In this document: positions 38,397 through 48,880 of the stretch, one piece after another
Position numbering within the stretch: the first letter of the stretch is position 1
How the letters are laid out: the number at the start of each line of letters is the position of its first letter
IMG/VR virus record: IMGVR_UViG_3300026980_000004
Reading direction: 5' to 3' (one strand)
From: a virus
Lineage: Duplodnaviria > Heunggongvirae > Uroviricota > Caudoviricetes
DNA length: 64,000 bases
Translations under genes and position numbers: made by a program
The notes under the pieces: generated by a model
Told to the model about the DNA's origin: nothing
Seen by the model: the letters and a program-made list of their open reading frames with translations, nothing else
The model's database searches: none

Positions 38397-39590
38397 TTAG
38401 TATTTTTTAAAAGTGGGTTCATAATATTTTTTTATTGTAAATAATGATTCTTCTTTATCCGTTAGGAGTTTTGATCCTATTCTTCTTATTGGTTGTGATA
38501 TAATCCCTAAAATTCTTAAATCATCAATAATCTTATCAATCTCATTATTGGTTAGGTTATCATTATTAACAATTGATTTTATTTCGTTTTGGGTAATCGA
38601 TGAATTTTTATTTTTAATTGTATATAATTTTTCAATTATATCTATATATTGTTTATATTCTTTAAATTCCTTACTATTTCTTATATAATTTATTTTATTT
38701 TTTTCAATTTGCTCATTATGTTTAGTAATCTCATCATTTTTTAATTTTATCAAACCAATTTTGTTACCAATAAAAATTATTCCGAACTCTGTAATAATCG
38801 TAAATATAATAAACATAATGATAATAATATTATTCTTATCATTAAAATTCGTTAAATTCTCATTTCTTTTTTCCCTAATGGTATTAATTACAGATCGTAA
38901 CTCGTTTTCTAACTCATTTACTTTAGATTTTTTATATGTATTAAATTTTAAATCTAATTCAATTAAATTATTATTAACCTGATCAATTTTATTATTAATA
39001 TCTTTATAATATTCTCTTAAGCTAATGCTTCTTATTTGTGAATCATCGTAGTTATCTCTATCGGATTTATATTGATTTAATTGACTCATATATATGTTAT
39101 ATGTACCACTAAAATCATTAACATCAACTATTTTTAAATTTTTAATTTGATTGATTTTATCATTATAATAGTTTGTTGTATCCAATATTGATTGATTAAT
39201 GGTATTTTCAATGATAATTGTAGTATCTTCTTTTTTATCTAGAAATTTATATATACCATATGTTGAAATTGATATTGATAATACTACTGTTATAGATGCA
39301 ATTATTATATTTTCGATTGATTTATCAAATGAAAATAAACTAATTAATTTATTTACTTTGATAATTTCATTTGTAATTATTAACAATAATAAAAATATAC
39401 CAAATATAACAATCAAATATGGTTCAATCCCTAAATTTGATAATTCTTTAATAATAGATAATGAAAATAAAATTGAAAAAAAGGATAATATTTTAATAAA
39501 AAAATTATTCAATTTATCAATTATTATATTTTTCTTTGGTTCCCATTGTGATTCGGTAACCAATAATTTTTCAATGTCTTCAATCTTCAT
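38397..39590 (-). CDS. membrane protein with coiled-coil region, hypothetical
   Basis: 397-aa ORF with several TM segments. Confidence 0.4.
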   Translation of the reverse strand: MKIEDIEKLLVTESQWEPKKNIIIDKLNNFFIKILSFFSILFSLSIIKELSNLGIEPYLIVIFGIFLLLLIITNEIIKVNKLISLFSFDKSIENIIIASITVVLSISISTYGIYKFLDKKEDTTIIIENTINQSILDTTNYYNDKINQIKNLKIVDVNDFSGTYNIYMSQLNQYKSDRDNYDDSQIRSISLREYYKDINNKIDQVNNNLIELDLKFNTYKKSKVNELENELRSVINTIREKRNENLTNFNDKNNIIIIMFIIFTIITEFGIIFIGNKIGLIKLKNDEITKHNEQIEKNKINYIRNSKEFKEYKQYIDIIEKLYTIKNKNSSITQNEIKSIVNNDNLTNNEIDKIIDDLRILGIISQPIRRIGSKLLTDKEESLFTIKKYYEPTFKKY

Positions 39591-39874
39591 AAGATTATTT
39601 TTAGAAACTAACCAATGACAAATTTATAATAAAAATATATATGTGTCAACCTTTTATTATTATTTCTGAACCATTGCTCAATATAATTTTGCACGATTGA
39701 TTTTTTTCTAATCTAATAACATGTTTATATATGTAATTTGTATCAGCACTGAACGTTACTACGTTTGCTAGTTGTTGTTTTTCTTCTTCTAATTCGTAAC
39801 CTTTTGCTCTAGAATCACCCATATTAATAATATTAAATTTTAAAAAAAGGGTGGAAAAATCCACCCCACCATTT

Positions 39875-40252
39875 TTATTTCAACATTGCTTCAAGTTCTT
39901 CTACACTCTTACTTGCAAGCTCTTGATCCTTTTTCAACTTAATTAGATTAAGAATATGTTGATTTGTCTCCTTATTTTGTGCTTTGGTTCTTTCATCCTC
40001 CAATTCTTTTTTCTTTGTAAGATATACATCTTTAAGAATTTCAAATTGAAGTTCCTTTTCTTTGTCTACAACGAAATTATCATCCAAGAAAGATAATTCA
40101 TCATCATTCTGTGATTTCAACTCTTTCTTTAGGTTCTTAATTGAATTGCTTAGTTTGGTTAAACTAAGGTCCCATAATTGTTCAACCGATAGAACACCTT
40201 GTGTTGTTTTAAATCTTAACTGATTTTTTGTTGCTAATTTGTAAATATCCAT
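39875..40252 (-). CDS. coiled-coil protein, hypothetical
   Basis: 125-aa ORF. Confidence 0.35.
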   Translation of the reverse strand: MDIYKLATKNQLRFKTTQGVLSVEQLWDLSLTKLSNSIKNLKKELKSQNDDELSFLDDNFVVDKEKELQFEILKDVYLTKKKELEDERTKAQNKETNQHILNLIKLKKDQELASKSVEELEAMLK

Positions 40253-40256
40253 TATT

Positions 40257-42449
40257 TTAAAATTTAATTTTTAATGTTCTTTTAAATGATCCACTGACTC
40301 GTACAATTAATTCATCTTTAACAGTTGAATTAAAACCAATTCCTGATAGTTGCTTATTTGAGGGTTCTATCATTGATTGATTACCCAATACTTCCAATAC
40401 TTTTCTATGTTGGAGTAATTCACTATTCAAATATTCATTATGAAAACTTCTTAGAGGTGCATCGGTTTTACAGTTACTCAACATAAAGAAATAATGCTTA
40501 TTCCCAATATTGTTATCACCCCAATAATTTGGTGATTGACAAACAAGATTTACTTTATGAAATTTATTCGTATCTAAATTCCAGATAGTATTTGTTTTTT
40601 CTTGACTAACATCTAGCTTATTTTTAATCTCAAATTTACCATTTTTTAAAGTAACTTCAGCTACAACTACATTACCACTAAATGAATTTGGATATTCATA
40701 TGTGTATGAATTACCATCAAATTCGATTTCAGCTGTAAAACCCTTTGATCCTCTATTAGAAAACATGTTTACCCAGAAAGTATAAACACCGTCTTTCATT
40801 TTACTTTTATCAAGATATGAAATATTTTCAACGATATTTTTATTTTTGTAGGTATTTGGTGTTGTAATATCAACATCTAGTTGCCCACCATTACGAGTTC
40901 TACTATCACCACGATCTTTTCTATATGGTGTGTCATAACCAATTTTAGTTCCGTTTGGTTCTTTACACCAAGCATCCAAATCGGTATTATCACTAGGATC
41001 ATTTTCACCCCACATAATACTGAATCTTAATGCACAATCAACTAATCCACCCTTTTCTTTTACAGCATCTTTAATATATGATTTACCAGCTAAATTACCG
41101 TTATATGTCCAGCTAAATGGATTACCCCATTTAAATATATTTTTAGATTCTGGACTATTACCTGTAATTAAACTAACAAAATTAGAATTAAATCTATTTT
41201 CAAGATATACTTCAACAGAGGTTGATGTAGGAAGAATGTCATTCATGAATTTATCAATTGTAACTTCTTCAACGTTGTCCAATTCACTTCTTTTATGTCT
41301 TGAACTTTTTGTAGCTTTAACATTATCAAATAAGCTCGCAGACTTTACCTTTGTATTATCAACATTTGTATGAAGAATTTCATCAATATTAATATCATCA
41401 ATTGTTGCAAATCTTCTGTTAAATGAATCCTCATATCCATTTTCGATTACAAAAGCTTCAGCTTCTTTAATTTGTTTTTCGGTGATTGGTGCCTTTGCCT
41501 TCATATAATTAACTGGGTCTGCACGTTTATTCCAATCAAGACATGCTTTATTCAGTTCTTTACCTTCGGCTAATTCAACACAAATAGTACCGATTAATTC
41601 ATTTCTAAATTTAGCATAAGGTAACTCATATGATTTAACCCATGCGTAGTTATCTCTTTTTGTAGAGCCAATTTGATCATATTCCTTTTTAAACTTAATA
41701 AAATCAATTAGTTTGGGTAAATATGAATCACCATTTAACAGTGAACCTTGTGTGATTAAATCTTTAACTAATTGTAATGTATCTAATGGAATTTCACCCA
41801 AACCTCTTTTAAATACATCCTTAGCATCACGATATTCACCCCTGATTTTTTCAATTGAATCATTCCCAAATTTAACAAACTTTCTATCCAAGAAAACATG
41901 GTAGTGGTTAAATTCATAGACCCGATCAGTTGTAACAACACCAAATTTATTTACTTCATCTTGAGTATATTTTTTTAGTGTTTTTACAATACCCAACTGA
42001 TACTTCAATAAATTTTTATTGGTTTTTTCGTATGGTAATGAATTTAATTCATCATACGTTTCAAAAAATACATTTGAAACTTTTGATTTTTTTAATTTAT
42101 TTGATAATTTATTTGCTGGATTATAATAAATTGAGTCTTGATTTATATCTAAATCAAACATCGTTAAAATATCCAGATTATTATCAATGGCAACAACATT
42201 TCCATATCTTCTAATGAAGTTTTTATCATTATTACAGTTATGATAAGAACTATTTGGATCTCTAAATACGGGATCATCACCCTTCTTAAACGATTTTAAA
42301 TACAACTCCCACAAATCATCACCAGATACTGAAGATTTAAATAATTTAAAATTTGATTGCAAATAATCAAATCTTTTTGAGATTAGATTATTGAATTCAG
42401 TAAACGATAAATCTAAATCGTTTATTTTTTTTGAAAGTGTTGTTTCCAT
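40257..42449 (-). CDS. large hypothetical protein (730 aa)
   Basis: Long uninterrupted ORF; no motif I can assign confidently. Confidence 0.45.
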   Translation of the reverse strand: METTLSKKINDLDLSFTEFNNLISKRFDYLQSNFKLFKSSVSGDDLWELYLKSFKKGDDPVFRDPNSSYHNCNNDKNFIRRYGNVVAIDNNLDILTMFDLDINQDSIYYNPANKLSNKLKKSKVSNVFFETYDELNSLPYEKTNKNLLKYQLGIVKTLKKYTQDEVNKFGVVTTDRVYEFNHYHVFLDRKFVKFGNDSIEKIRGEYRDAKDVFKRGLGEIPLDTLQLVKDLITQGSLLNGDSYLPKLIDFIKFKKEYDQIGSTKRDNYAWVKSYELPYAKFRNELIGTICVELAEGKELNKACLDWNKRADPVNYMKAKAPITEKQIKEAEAFVIENGYEDSFNRRFATIDDINIDEILHTNVDNTKVKSASLFDNVKATKSSRHKRSELDNVEEVTIDKFMNDILPTSTSVEVYLENRFNSNFVSLITGNSPESKNIFKWGNPFSWTYNGNLAGKSYIKDAVKEKGGLVDCALRFSIMWGENDPSDNTDLDAWCKEPNGTKIGYDTPYRKDRGDSRTRNGGQLDVDITTPNTYKNKNIVENISYLDKSKMKDGVYTFWVNMFSNRGSKGFTAEIEFDGNSYTYEYPNSFSGNVVVAEVTLKNGKFEIKNKLDVSQEKTNTIWNLDTNKFHKVNLVCQSPNYWGDNNIGNKHYFFMLSNCKTDAPLRSFHNEYLNSELLQHRKVLEVLGNQSMIEPSNKQLSGIGFNSTVKDELIVRVSGSFKRTLKIKF

Positions 42450-42799
42450 AATAATAGATGTTTGTTTATTAAAATTTCTCTTTTTTCCGAAAGATGTCCC
42501 AAAGTTAATATTATTTTTCTAATCTCCAAAATTTTCTGTTCGATTTCTTTTGATTCATTAAAATTAAGATAATTTCTTTCGGTTAAATATGAAATATAAT
42601 ACAGAATTTTTTTTAAACCAATATCGGCATCATAATGCTTATTGGAAATATATAGTAAATAGATATTATGTATTGAATTATGAATCACATCGATATCTGG
42701 TGATGCACTATCTAGTTTATTATTGTTATAATTAAATTTAGAAATTATAATCGTAATTAATAATAGTGTATATATTATATTAATGAATAAAATATCCAT
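42422..42799 (-). CDS. hypothetical protein with N-terminal TM segment
   Basis: 125-aa ORF. Confidence 0.35.
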   Translation of the reverse strand: MDILFINIIYTLLLITIIISKFNYNNNKLDSASPDIDVIHNSIHNIYLLYISNKHYDADIGLKKILYYISYLTERNYLNFNESKEIEQKILEIRKIILTLGHLSEKREILINKHLLLWKQHFQKK

Positions 42800-42802
42800 T
42801 TC

Positions 42803-43171
42803 TTAGTCTTTGACGATTTCAATTATTTCTTTGAATGGATTATATTCAACTTGAAAACACCTCATCCAAAGCCCCTCATCCAATAGTAATTCATCATGTT
42901 CATCATGAGAGATTACAGCATCACCACCAATCACCTCAAATATTAAATTTTCCATTGTTGCAATTTCTTCATTCGTCATTGTCATGATTTTATCATCATC
43001 ACTATGCAAAATTAAATCAGTACCCTCACAAGGAATTACATCATGGCTGTGTCCTGTAACTTCACCAAGTCCAACAACAATTTTATTAATTTTTTTTGAA
43101 TGTAAATTTTTATTAATATTATTAAGTTTTAATAATATCATATCACCATGTCTTAGTTTTTTTGTATACAT
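42803..43171 (-). CDS. hypothetical protein
   Basis: 122-aa ORF. Confidence 0.35.
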   Translation of the reverse strand: MYTKKLRHGDMILLKLNNINKNLHSKKINKIVVGLGEVTGHSHDVIPCEGTDLILHSDDDKIMTMTNEEIATMENLIFEVIGGDAVISHDEHDELLLDEGLWMRCFQVEYNPFKEIIEIVKD

Positions 43172-43176
43172 AATTT

Positions 43177-43839
43177 TTATGCTTCAGAATATAAATTTAA
43201 ATAATCTTCTTTTGTAAATGGCTCACCATTTGGAAATCTCATTGTCCATGCAATTGCCGATATTGCATCGCTATTACATCTACTATCAGAACTATCAACA
43301 TATAAATAATAAATTCTATCTGTTGAAGTATCTTTACATTTAACATAACAAATGTCTTCTGGGGTATTTAACTTATTTTTATCAATCAAATATAATTCAT
43401 AAATATCTTCAAACTCATGAATCTCTTCAATTAATTCTTCTTTCTTAAAAACCTCAGTAACTTTATGTGATTTTTTACCTGATATTTTATATCTTGGTTG
43501 TTTTTTGATAATAACTTTACGATCGATTAATTTAGGCTCTATTACTTTTTGAATTTCTTCGGGTCCTATTAATGATAGTATTTTATATTTCAGTTCTTGA
43601 TTTGTTAATTTAAATGCATCAACTGCATTCCAAGGTCTTACTCGATTATCATCCCAAATCTCTTTAGCCTTCTTAATAATTTCATCGTATTCGGAATTTT
43701 CAATATGCAAATATCGATTTTTTATATGATCCCATGTATTATCTTTATTAATTTTTAAAATTCTAATGAGATCAACCAAAGAATCTAATTTGATTTCCTC
43801 ATAAAAATATTTAAAATTTTTATAATCAAGGTTTAACAT
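43177..43839 (-). CDS. hypothetical protein
   Basis: 220-aa ORF. Confidence 0.4.
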   Translation of the reverse strand: MLNLDYKNFKYFYEEIKLDSLVDLIRILKINKDNTWDHIKNRYLHIENSEYDEIIKKAKEIWDDNRVRPWNAVDAFKLTNQELKYKILSLIGPEEIQKVIEPKLIDRKVIIKKQPRYKISGKKSHKVTEVFKKEELIEEIHEFEDIYELYLIDKNKLNTPEDICYVKCKDTSTDRIYYLYVDSSDSRCNSDAISAIAWTMRFPNGEPFTKEDYLNLYSEA

Positions 43840-43840
43840 T

Positions 43841-44083
43841 TTAGTAAATAACTATATTATTATTATAAATCCTATTAAATAATTCTTCTTTGATATCAAA
43901 TTCTAGATTTGCCACAAATTCGGAAAAATCCATATTTTCTGTTTCTCTAACAACAGATAACAAATGTCTGAAATTTTTAGAATAATTCAAAATATTTGAA
44001 TAATTTTTTTCATTTTTCTTTAGATCTTTAATGAAATAAACTAATTCTGAATTACTAAACTCCTTCACATATTTTTTTAACAT
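43841..44083 (-). CDS. hypothetical protein
   Basis: 80-aa ORF. Confidence 0.3.
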   Translation of the reverse strand: MLKKYVKEFSNSELVYFIKDLKKNEKNYSNILNYSKNFRHLLSVVRETENMDFSEFVANLEFDIKEELFNRIYNNNIVIY

Positions 44084-44087
44084 ATTA

Positions 44088-46568
44088 TTATTTGATTTTA
44101 ATTGTTAATTCTTCTGAATTTTTTAAATATTTAATTTCAATTAGATTACCTTCTTTTATATTTCCCTTAATAATCTCATCTGATATAGGATCTTCGATAT
44201 ATTTTTGAATTGCTCTGTTTAATGGTCTTGCACCATATATTTGATTATAACCTCTTTCTATTAGAAAATTATATGCGGTGTCAAATATTTTAATTTTATA
44301 ACCCAAGTTATTTAATTTATTAATCAAATTCTCGATATTTAATTTAATGACTCTTTTAATATCTTCTTTTGATAAATTATTAAAAGTAACAATATTATCG
44401 ATTCGATTTATAAATTCGGGTGGTAATGATTTTTGAAGTTCTTTTTCAATTATTTGTTTATTAATTTCATTTTGATTATCAACATCTGTCTTTGTCGAAA
44501 AACCAATCCCATTGCCAAATGTTTGAATTTTTCTAACACCAATATTTGATGTCATAATAATAATGGTATTTTTAAAATTAATTGTTCTACCCAAGCCATC
44601 TGTTAATATACCATCATCAAATACTTGTAATAACAAATTAAATACATCTGGATGTGCCTTTTCAATTTCATCTAATAAAATAACTGAATATGGTTTTCTT
44701 CTAACCTTTTCTGTTAGTTGACCACCCTGCTCATGTCCAACATAACCAGGAGGCGAACCGATTAGTCTACTAACATTAAATGATTCCATATATTCAGACA
44801 TATCAATTCTAATAAAAGAATCTTTAGTTCCGAATAGATATTCTGCAAGCTCTTTTGTTAAATGTGTCTTACCCACACCTGATGAACCCAAAAATAAAAA
44901 AACACCATTTGGTTTTGATTCATTTTGTAAACCAACCCTATTTCTCTTAATAGCTTTTACAATATCATCAACTGCATGTTCTTGTCCGATAACTTTACTA
45001 TTTAAAACATCGTTCATTTTTAATAGTCTATTATTATCATTTTCGGATAGTTTTTTTACGGGTACACCAGTTATCGATGTAATAACATCACCAACATCGT
45101 CTAATGATACATCAAATCTATCATTTTTTGTATCTCTTTCCCATTTTTCTTTTATTTTATTTAAATCCTTTAGTAGTTTTTTTTCTTTATCTCTTAGACC
45201 AACAGCCTTTTCATATTCTTGAGTTTTAACTACCTTTATTTTCTCACTTTTAATATTTTCAATTTCAGTTTCAATTTTAACAATATCTTCTGGTATTGTT
45301 TGGTTGTTAATATAAACCCTTGAACCAACCTCATCAAATATATCGACAGCTTTATCTGGAAAAAATCTATCAGTTATAAATCTATTAGATAATTTAACAC
45401 AAGCCTCAATAACCTCATCTGAATATCTTACTTTATGAAACTCTTCATAAACAGGTTTGATTTGTTTTAAAATATTTATTGTTTCATCAACTGTAGTCTC
45501 TTCAACCATAACAGTTTGAAATCTTCTCGTTAATGCACTATCTTTTTCAATATTTTCCCTATATTCATTCAATGTTGTTGCACCAATACATTGCATTTCA
45601 CCATTAGCCAATGCGGGTTTAATCATATTTGATGCATCCAATGAACCAGATGCTCCACCAGCACCTATAATCGTATGTAGTTCATCGATAAATAAAATAA
45701 TATCTGGATTATCAACCAATTCAGACATAATCCCTTTCAATCTTTCTTCAAATTGACCTCTATATTTTGTACCTGCAACAAGTAAACCCAAATCCAAACT
45801 AACAATTCTTTTATCATGTAATTTTCTTGATACCTTCTTTTCTTTTATTTTCTGTGCTAGTAAATTAATAATATTTGATTTACCAACACCTGGTTCTCCA
45901 ATTAATAATGGATTTCTTTTAGTTCTTCTAGATAATATTTGTGATAATCTTTTTACTTCTTTATCTCTACCAATGACAGGATCTAATTTACCCTCCTCAG
46001 CCATTTTAGATAAATCCCTACTAAAATTATCTAAAATCGGTGTTTTTGATTTTGTATTAGTATTTTTTTTATTATTTGAATTCGTATTACCGAATATTGT
46101 ATCACCATCATCATCGTTTGTATACATATTACTCTCTATATTTATATTTGAATATTCGTCTTTAATAAAATCGTGGATTTTTATGTAAAATAAATCATTT
46201 TTGTTTAAAACGGTTTTAATATCAGAATCACTTCTGAGTAAAGATAATAAAAGATGTTCAACTTCAACAGTTCTTAGACCAAAACTTTTGGCCTCTTTAT
46301 AACTTTCAACTAATACCTGATTATACTTATCCGATATTTTAAATGTGGGGTCGGTATTATTAAATTTACCACTAAATAATAATTTTAAAATCTCTGTTTT
46401 AATCTTTTCATTATCAATTTTAAAATATTCCAATATTTCTGACATGAAATTATTTCTAAATAATGATAATGATAAATGTTCTAAACAAACAATTGTATGT
46501 GAGTTTGTTGTTGCGATTCTTTTTGAATCGTTAATAATGTCTTTAATTTCTGATGAAAGATCGATCAT
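44088..46568 (-). CDS. Clp/Hsp100-family double-AAA+ ATPase (ClpC/ClpB-like)
   Basis: Clp_N-like repeats. Walker A GEPGVGKS (AAA-1) and GSSGVGKT (AAA-2). Sensor/arginine-finger contexts present. Confidence 0.8.
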   Translation of the reverse strand: MIDLSSEIKDIINDSKRIATTNSHTIVCLEHLSLSLFRNNFMSEILEYFKIDNEKIKTEILKLLFSGKFNNTDPTFKISDKYNQVLVESYKEAKSFGLRTVEVEHLLLSLLRSDSDIKTVLNKNDLFYIKIHDFIKDEYSNINIESNMYTNDDDGDTIFGNTNSNNKKNTNTKSKTPILDNFSRDLSKMAEEGKLDPVIGRDKEVKRLSQILSRRTKRNPLLIGEPGVGKSNIINLLAQKIKEKKVSRKLHDKRIVSLDLGLLVAGTKYRGQFEERLKGIMSELVDNPDIILFIDELHTIIGAGGASGSLDASNMIKPALANGEMQCIGATTLNEYRENIEKDSALTRRFQTVMVEETTVDETINILKQIKPVYEEFHKVRYSDEVIEACVKLSNRFITDRFFPDKAVDIFDEVGSRVYINNQTIPEDIVKIETEIENIKSEKIKVVKTQEYEKAVGLRDKEKKLLKDLNKIKEKWERDTKNDRFDVSLDDVGDVITSITGVPVKKLSENDNNRLLKMNDVLNSKVIGQEHAVDDIVKAIKRNRVGLQNESKPNGVFLFLGSSGVGKTHLTKELAEYLFGTKDSFIRIDMSEYMESFNVSRLIGSPPGYVGHEQGGQLTEKVRRKPYSVILLDEIEKAHPDVFNLLLQVFDDGILTDGLGRTINFKNTIIIMTSNIGVRKIQTFGNGIGFSTKTDVDNQNEINKQIIEKELQKSLPPEFINRIDNIVTFNNLSKEDIKRVIKLNIENLINKLNNLGYKIKIFDTAYNFLIERGYNQIYGARPLNRAIQKYIEDPISDEIIKGNIKEGNLIEIKYLKNSEELTIKIK

Positions 46569-46739
46569 TAGCTTAAAATAATTCCGTATTTTGTTTTAAT
46601 CATTTCTGAATTAAGAATTTCAGTTTTCCCTGTATTAATATCGTATGCATCTTCGTGAACAATAATATATTCATCCGATCTGATAAGAATAATGTAAATT
46701 AATTCAGGTTCATTCATTAATTGAAATGTCCTAATTGGT

Positions 46740-46961
46740 TTATTTTTTATTTCTTTCCAAAGCATATATTCGTTTAATTATTTCTTCGTTCGTTTGTTTA
46801 TCAAGACTACTCACATCATCACCAACAATTGCATCTTCTCTCCCTAAATTATAGGCACGTAATAAAAGAGGATTTGGATTCCACATTTTTTTTCTACCAT
46901 ATAATTCATCTTTAAATCCGCAAATATACGTTTCTAATAATATATTATCTTGATCATCCAT
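46740..46961 (-). CDS. hypothetical small protein
   Basis: 73-aa ORF. Confidence 0.3.
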   Translation of the reverse strand: MDDQDNILLETYICGFKDELYGRKKMWNPNPLLLRAYNLGREDAIVGDDVSSLDKQTNEEIIKRIYALERNKK

Positions 46962-47081
46962 ATTTTAATAATAATAATTTAGCTTTATTAATATATTCTT
47001 CCATTAGCATTTAATTTTGACTAAAAAATCAATATGTGCATATCCTTTATCCGTATTAACAGTTTGAAATAATATAGAAAA

Positions 47082-48260
47082 TTATCCCTTTATAGTATAA
47101 ACTATTGGGTTTACTGCTAAACCCTCTATCCCATCTGAAAATACATTTGGGACTACTTTCCGTAAAATATTATATGAACCATTTATATCTGAATTAATTA
47201 ATCTACCATCTGAAGCTTTAAATAAACCTCTTTTAATTCTTTTTCCCAAATATTTAACATGTTTGCAAATATCTTCCATATCAAGAAATGAACATTTTGA
47301 TGTGTATGATTCTTCATTAATTATAACAGATATACCCTCAATTTCACATTTATATGTTAACATATAAATTAAATTTGAATATGGGATTGATACAAATTTC
47401 TGATTATTTACTTTACCAATATTAATGTCTTGTTTCCATTCTTTATTATAACCAATAATGAGTTTTGTTATATTATTGGAAACTAAATGATTCACCAATT
47501 GTCGGCTTGATTTATGTAAATAATCATGAATTTTATTTCTTCTTTTTAATCCAAGTTTTTTTATTTTATTTGTTATTTTCTTTGTTTGATATTTTGCTTT
47601 TAATTTATTATAATATTGATTAATTGATTTAACTGGTTTACCATTAATAATAAATGGATCAAATACATTACTTGTTACACTCATTAGATTATTAACACCC
47701 AAATCAATAGATGCTATTTTATTATTTTCAATTATATTTTTATTTGATTTGATTGTATAAATAATTTCAATTATAAAATAACCTAATTTTGGGACAATTC
47801 TTACTTGATTAATGTTTTCTTTTTTTGTAGTAACTATTATATCAGTACCAGATAGTTTTATTTTTCCATTTTTTAATTTCCTTCGAGAAATCGCACCTTT
47901 TTCATATATAACAACCATTTTACCATCTTTGGGTAAATATTGTGGTATTTTTATCTTTTTATTATATTTTCCAATATTTTTCTTTTTTAATAATGAGAAA
48001 AATGATTTAAAAGATTTATCAACCAACATTAATGTTTGATTACTTACTTTTCTGGGTAATTCAATATAATCAATTTGGTTATTATCTATAAAATTTCTAT
48101 TTACACCATAATAATTTATATATTGGTTATTTTTAAAAAAATGTTGTCTAACAAAATATAATGCAGAATTATAAAGATTTTTACTCAATGAAGATAATTT
48201 ATTGCATTCATTAAAATATTTATGATTATTATTAATTATATGTTGTTCTACTAATTGCAT
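47082..48260 (-). CDS. tnpB: TnpB (IS605/IS607 OrfB, RuvC-like nuclease)
   Basis: RuvC-I ASIDLGVNNLMSV. C-terminal YTSKCSF...NSDINGSYNI (RuvC-III). Zn ribbon partly degenerate. Confidence 0.7.
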   Translation of the reverse strand: MQLVEQHIINNNHKYFNECNKLSSLSKNLYNSALYFVRQHFFKNNQYINYYGVNRNFIDNNQIDYIELPRKVSNQTLMLVDKSFKSFFSLLKKKNIGKYNKKIKIPQYLPKDGKMVVIYEKGAISRRKLKNGKIKLSGTDIIVTTKKENINQVRIVPKLGYFIIEIIYTIKSNKNIIENNKIASIDLGVNNLMSVTSNVFDPFIINGKPVKSINQYYNKLKAKYQTKKITNKIKKLGLKRRNKIHDYLHKSSRQLVNHLVSNNITKLIIGYNKEWKQDINIGKVNNQKFVSIPYSNLIYMLTYKCEIEGISVIINEESYTSKCSFLDMEDICKHVKYLGKRIKRGLFKASDGRLINSDINGSYNILRKVVPNVFSDGIEGLAVNPIVYTIKG

Positions 48261-48827
48261 TTATGATTCAATAAATTTAATAATATCTTCTTTATTTCTT
48301 TTTTTTCTTAAGCCATACATTCTTGCAGAGAATGAATAAATAATCGAAACCAAATCTTCCATTAGTGAATTTTTATCGCTATCTTGGTTGTTTACTACGA
48401 TAATTTTTCTATCTTGAAGTTCGAGAAGTGTTTGAATATAATTAAAACCAAATCGTGTTAATCTATCTTTGTGTTCTATTAGTAGTATATCCCATGATTT
48501 ATCTTGGAGGAGTTTTATTAGTTTTGGTCTTTGGTCATTCATTCCAGACCCAATTTCCTTAACCGATTTATTAATCTTAAAATTATTACGATTTGAATAT
48601 TCTATTAGTCTATCTAATTGCCTATCTAGATTTTCTTTCATTTCTGAGGATGATACTCTACAATATATCGCAACGGTTTTATCTGTTTCAATTTGTTTGG
48701 GGATAAAAATATTACCTAATTTATCTTTAAATGCACCATCTATTAAACCTCTTTTATAATGATTCCAAGCAGTACGATAAGTTATAGACATATTTTTTGC
48801 GTAATCACTCAATTTTATATATTTCAT
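48261..48827 (-). CDS. tnpA: IS607-type TnpA serine recombinase (N-terminal MerR-like HTH plus resolvase catalytic domain)
   Basis: AIYCRVSSSEMKENLDRQ has the catalytic Ser of the resolvase family. Small size (188 aa) is typical of IS607 TnpA. Confidence 0.7.
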   Translation of the reverse strand: MKYIKLSDYAKNMSITYRTAWNHYKRGLIDGAFKDKLGNIFIPKQIETDKTVAIYCRVSSSEMKENLDRQLDRLIEYSNRNNFKINKSVKEIGSGMNDQRPKLIKLLQDKSWDILLIEHKDRLTRFGFNYIQTLLELQDRKIIVVNNQDSDKNSLMEDLVSIIYSFSARMYGLRKKRNKEDIIKFIES

Positions 48828-48880
48828 ATATATAAATACTCAATAATTTATTTATTTTCTTAATATTCTAGATTTTTCCA

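Larger units (their letters stand above)
47040..48880 (-). mobile_element. IS607-family insertion sequence (tnpA serine recombinase plus tnpB); boundaries approximate
   Basis: Canonical tnpA-tnpB tandem with 1-nt spacing, embedded between phage genes. Confidence 0.55.
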
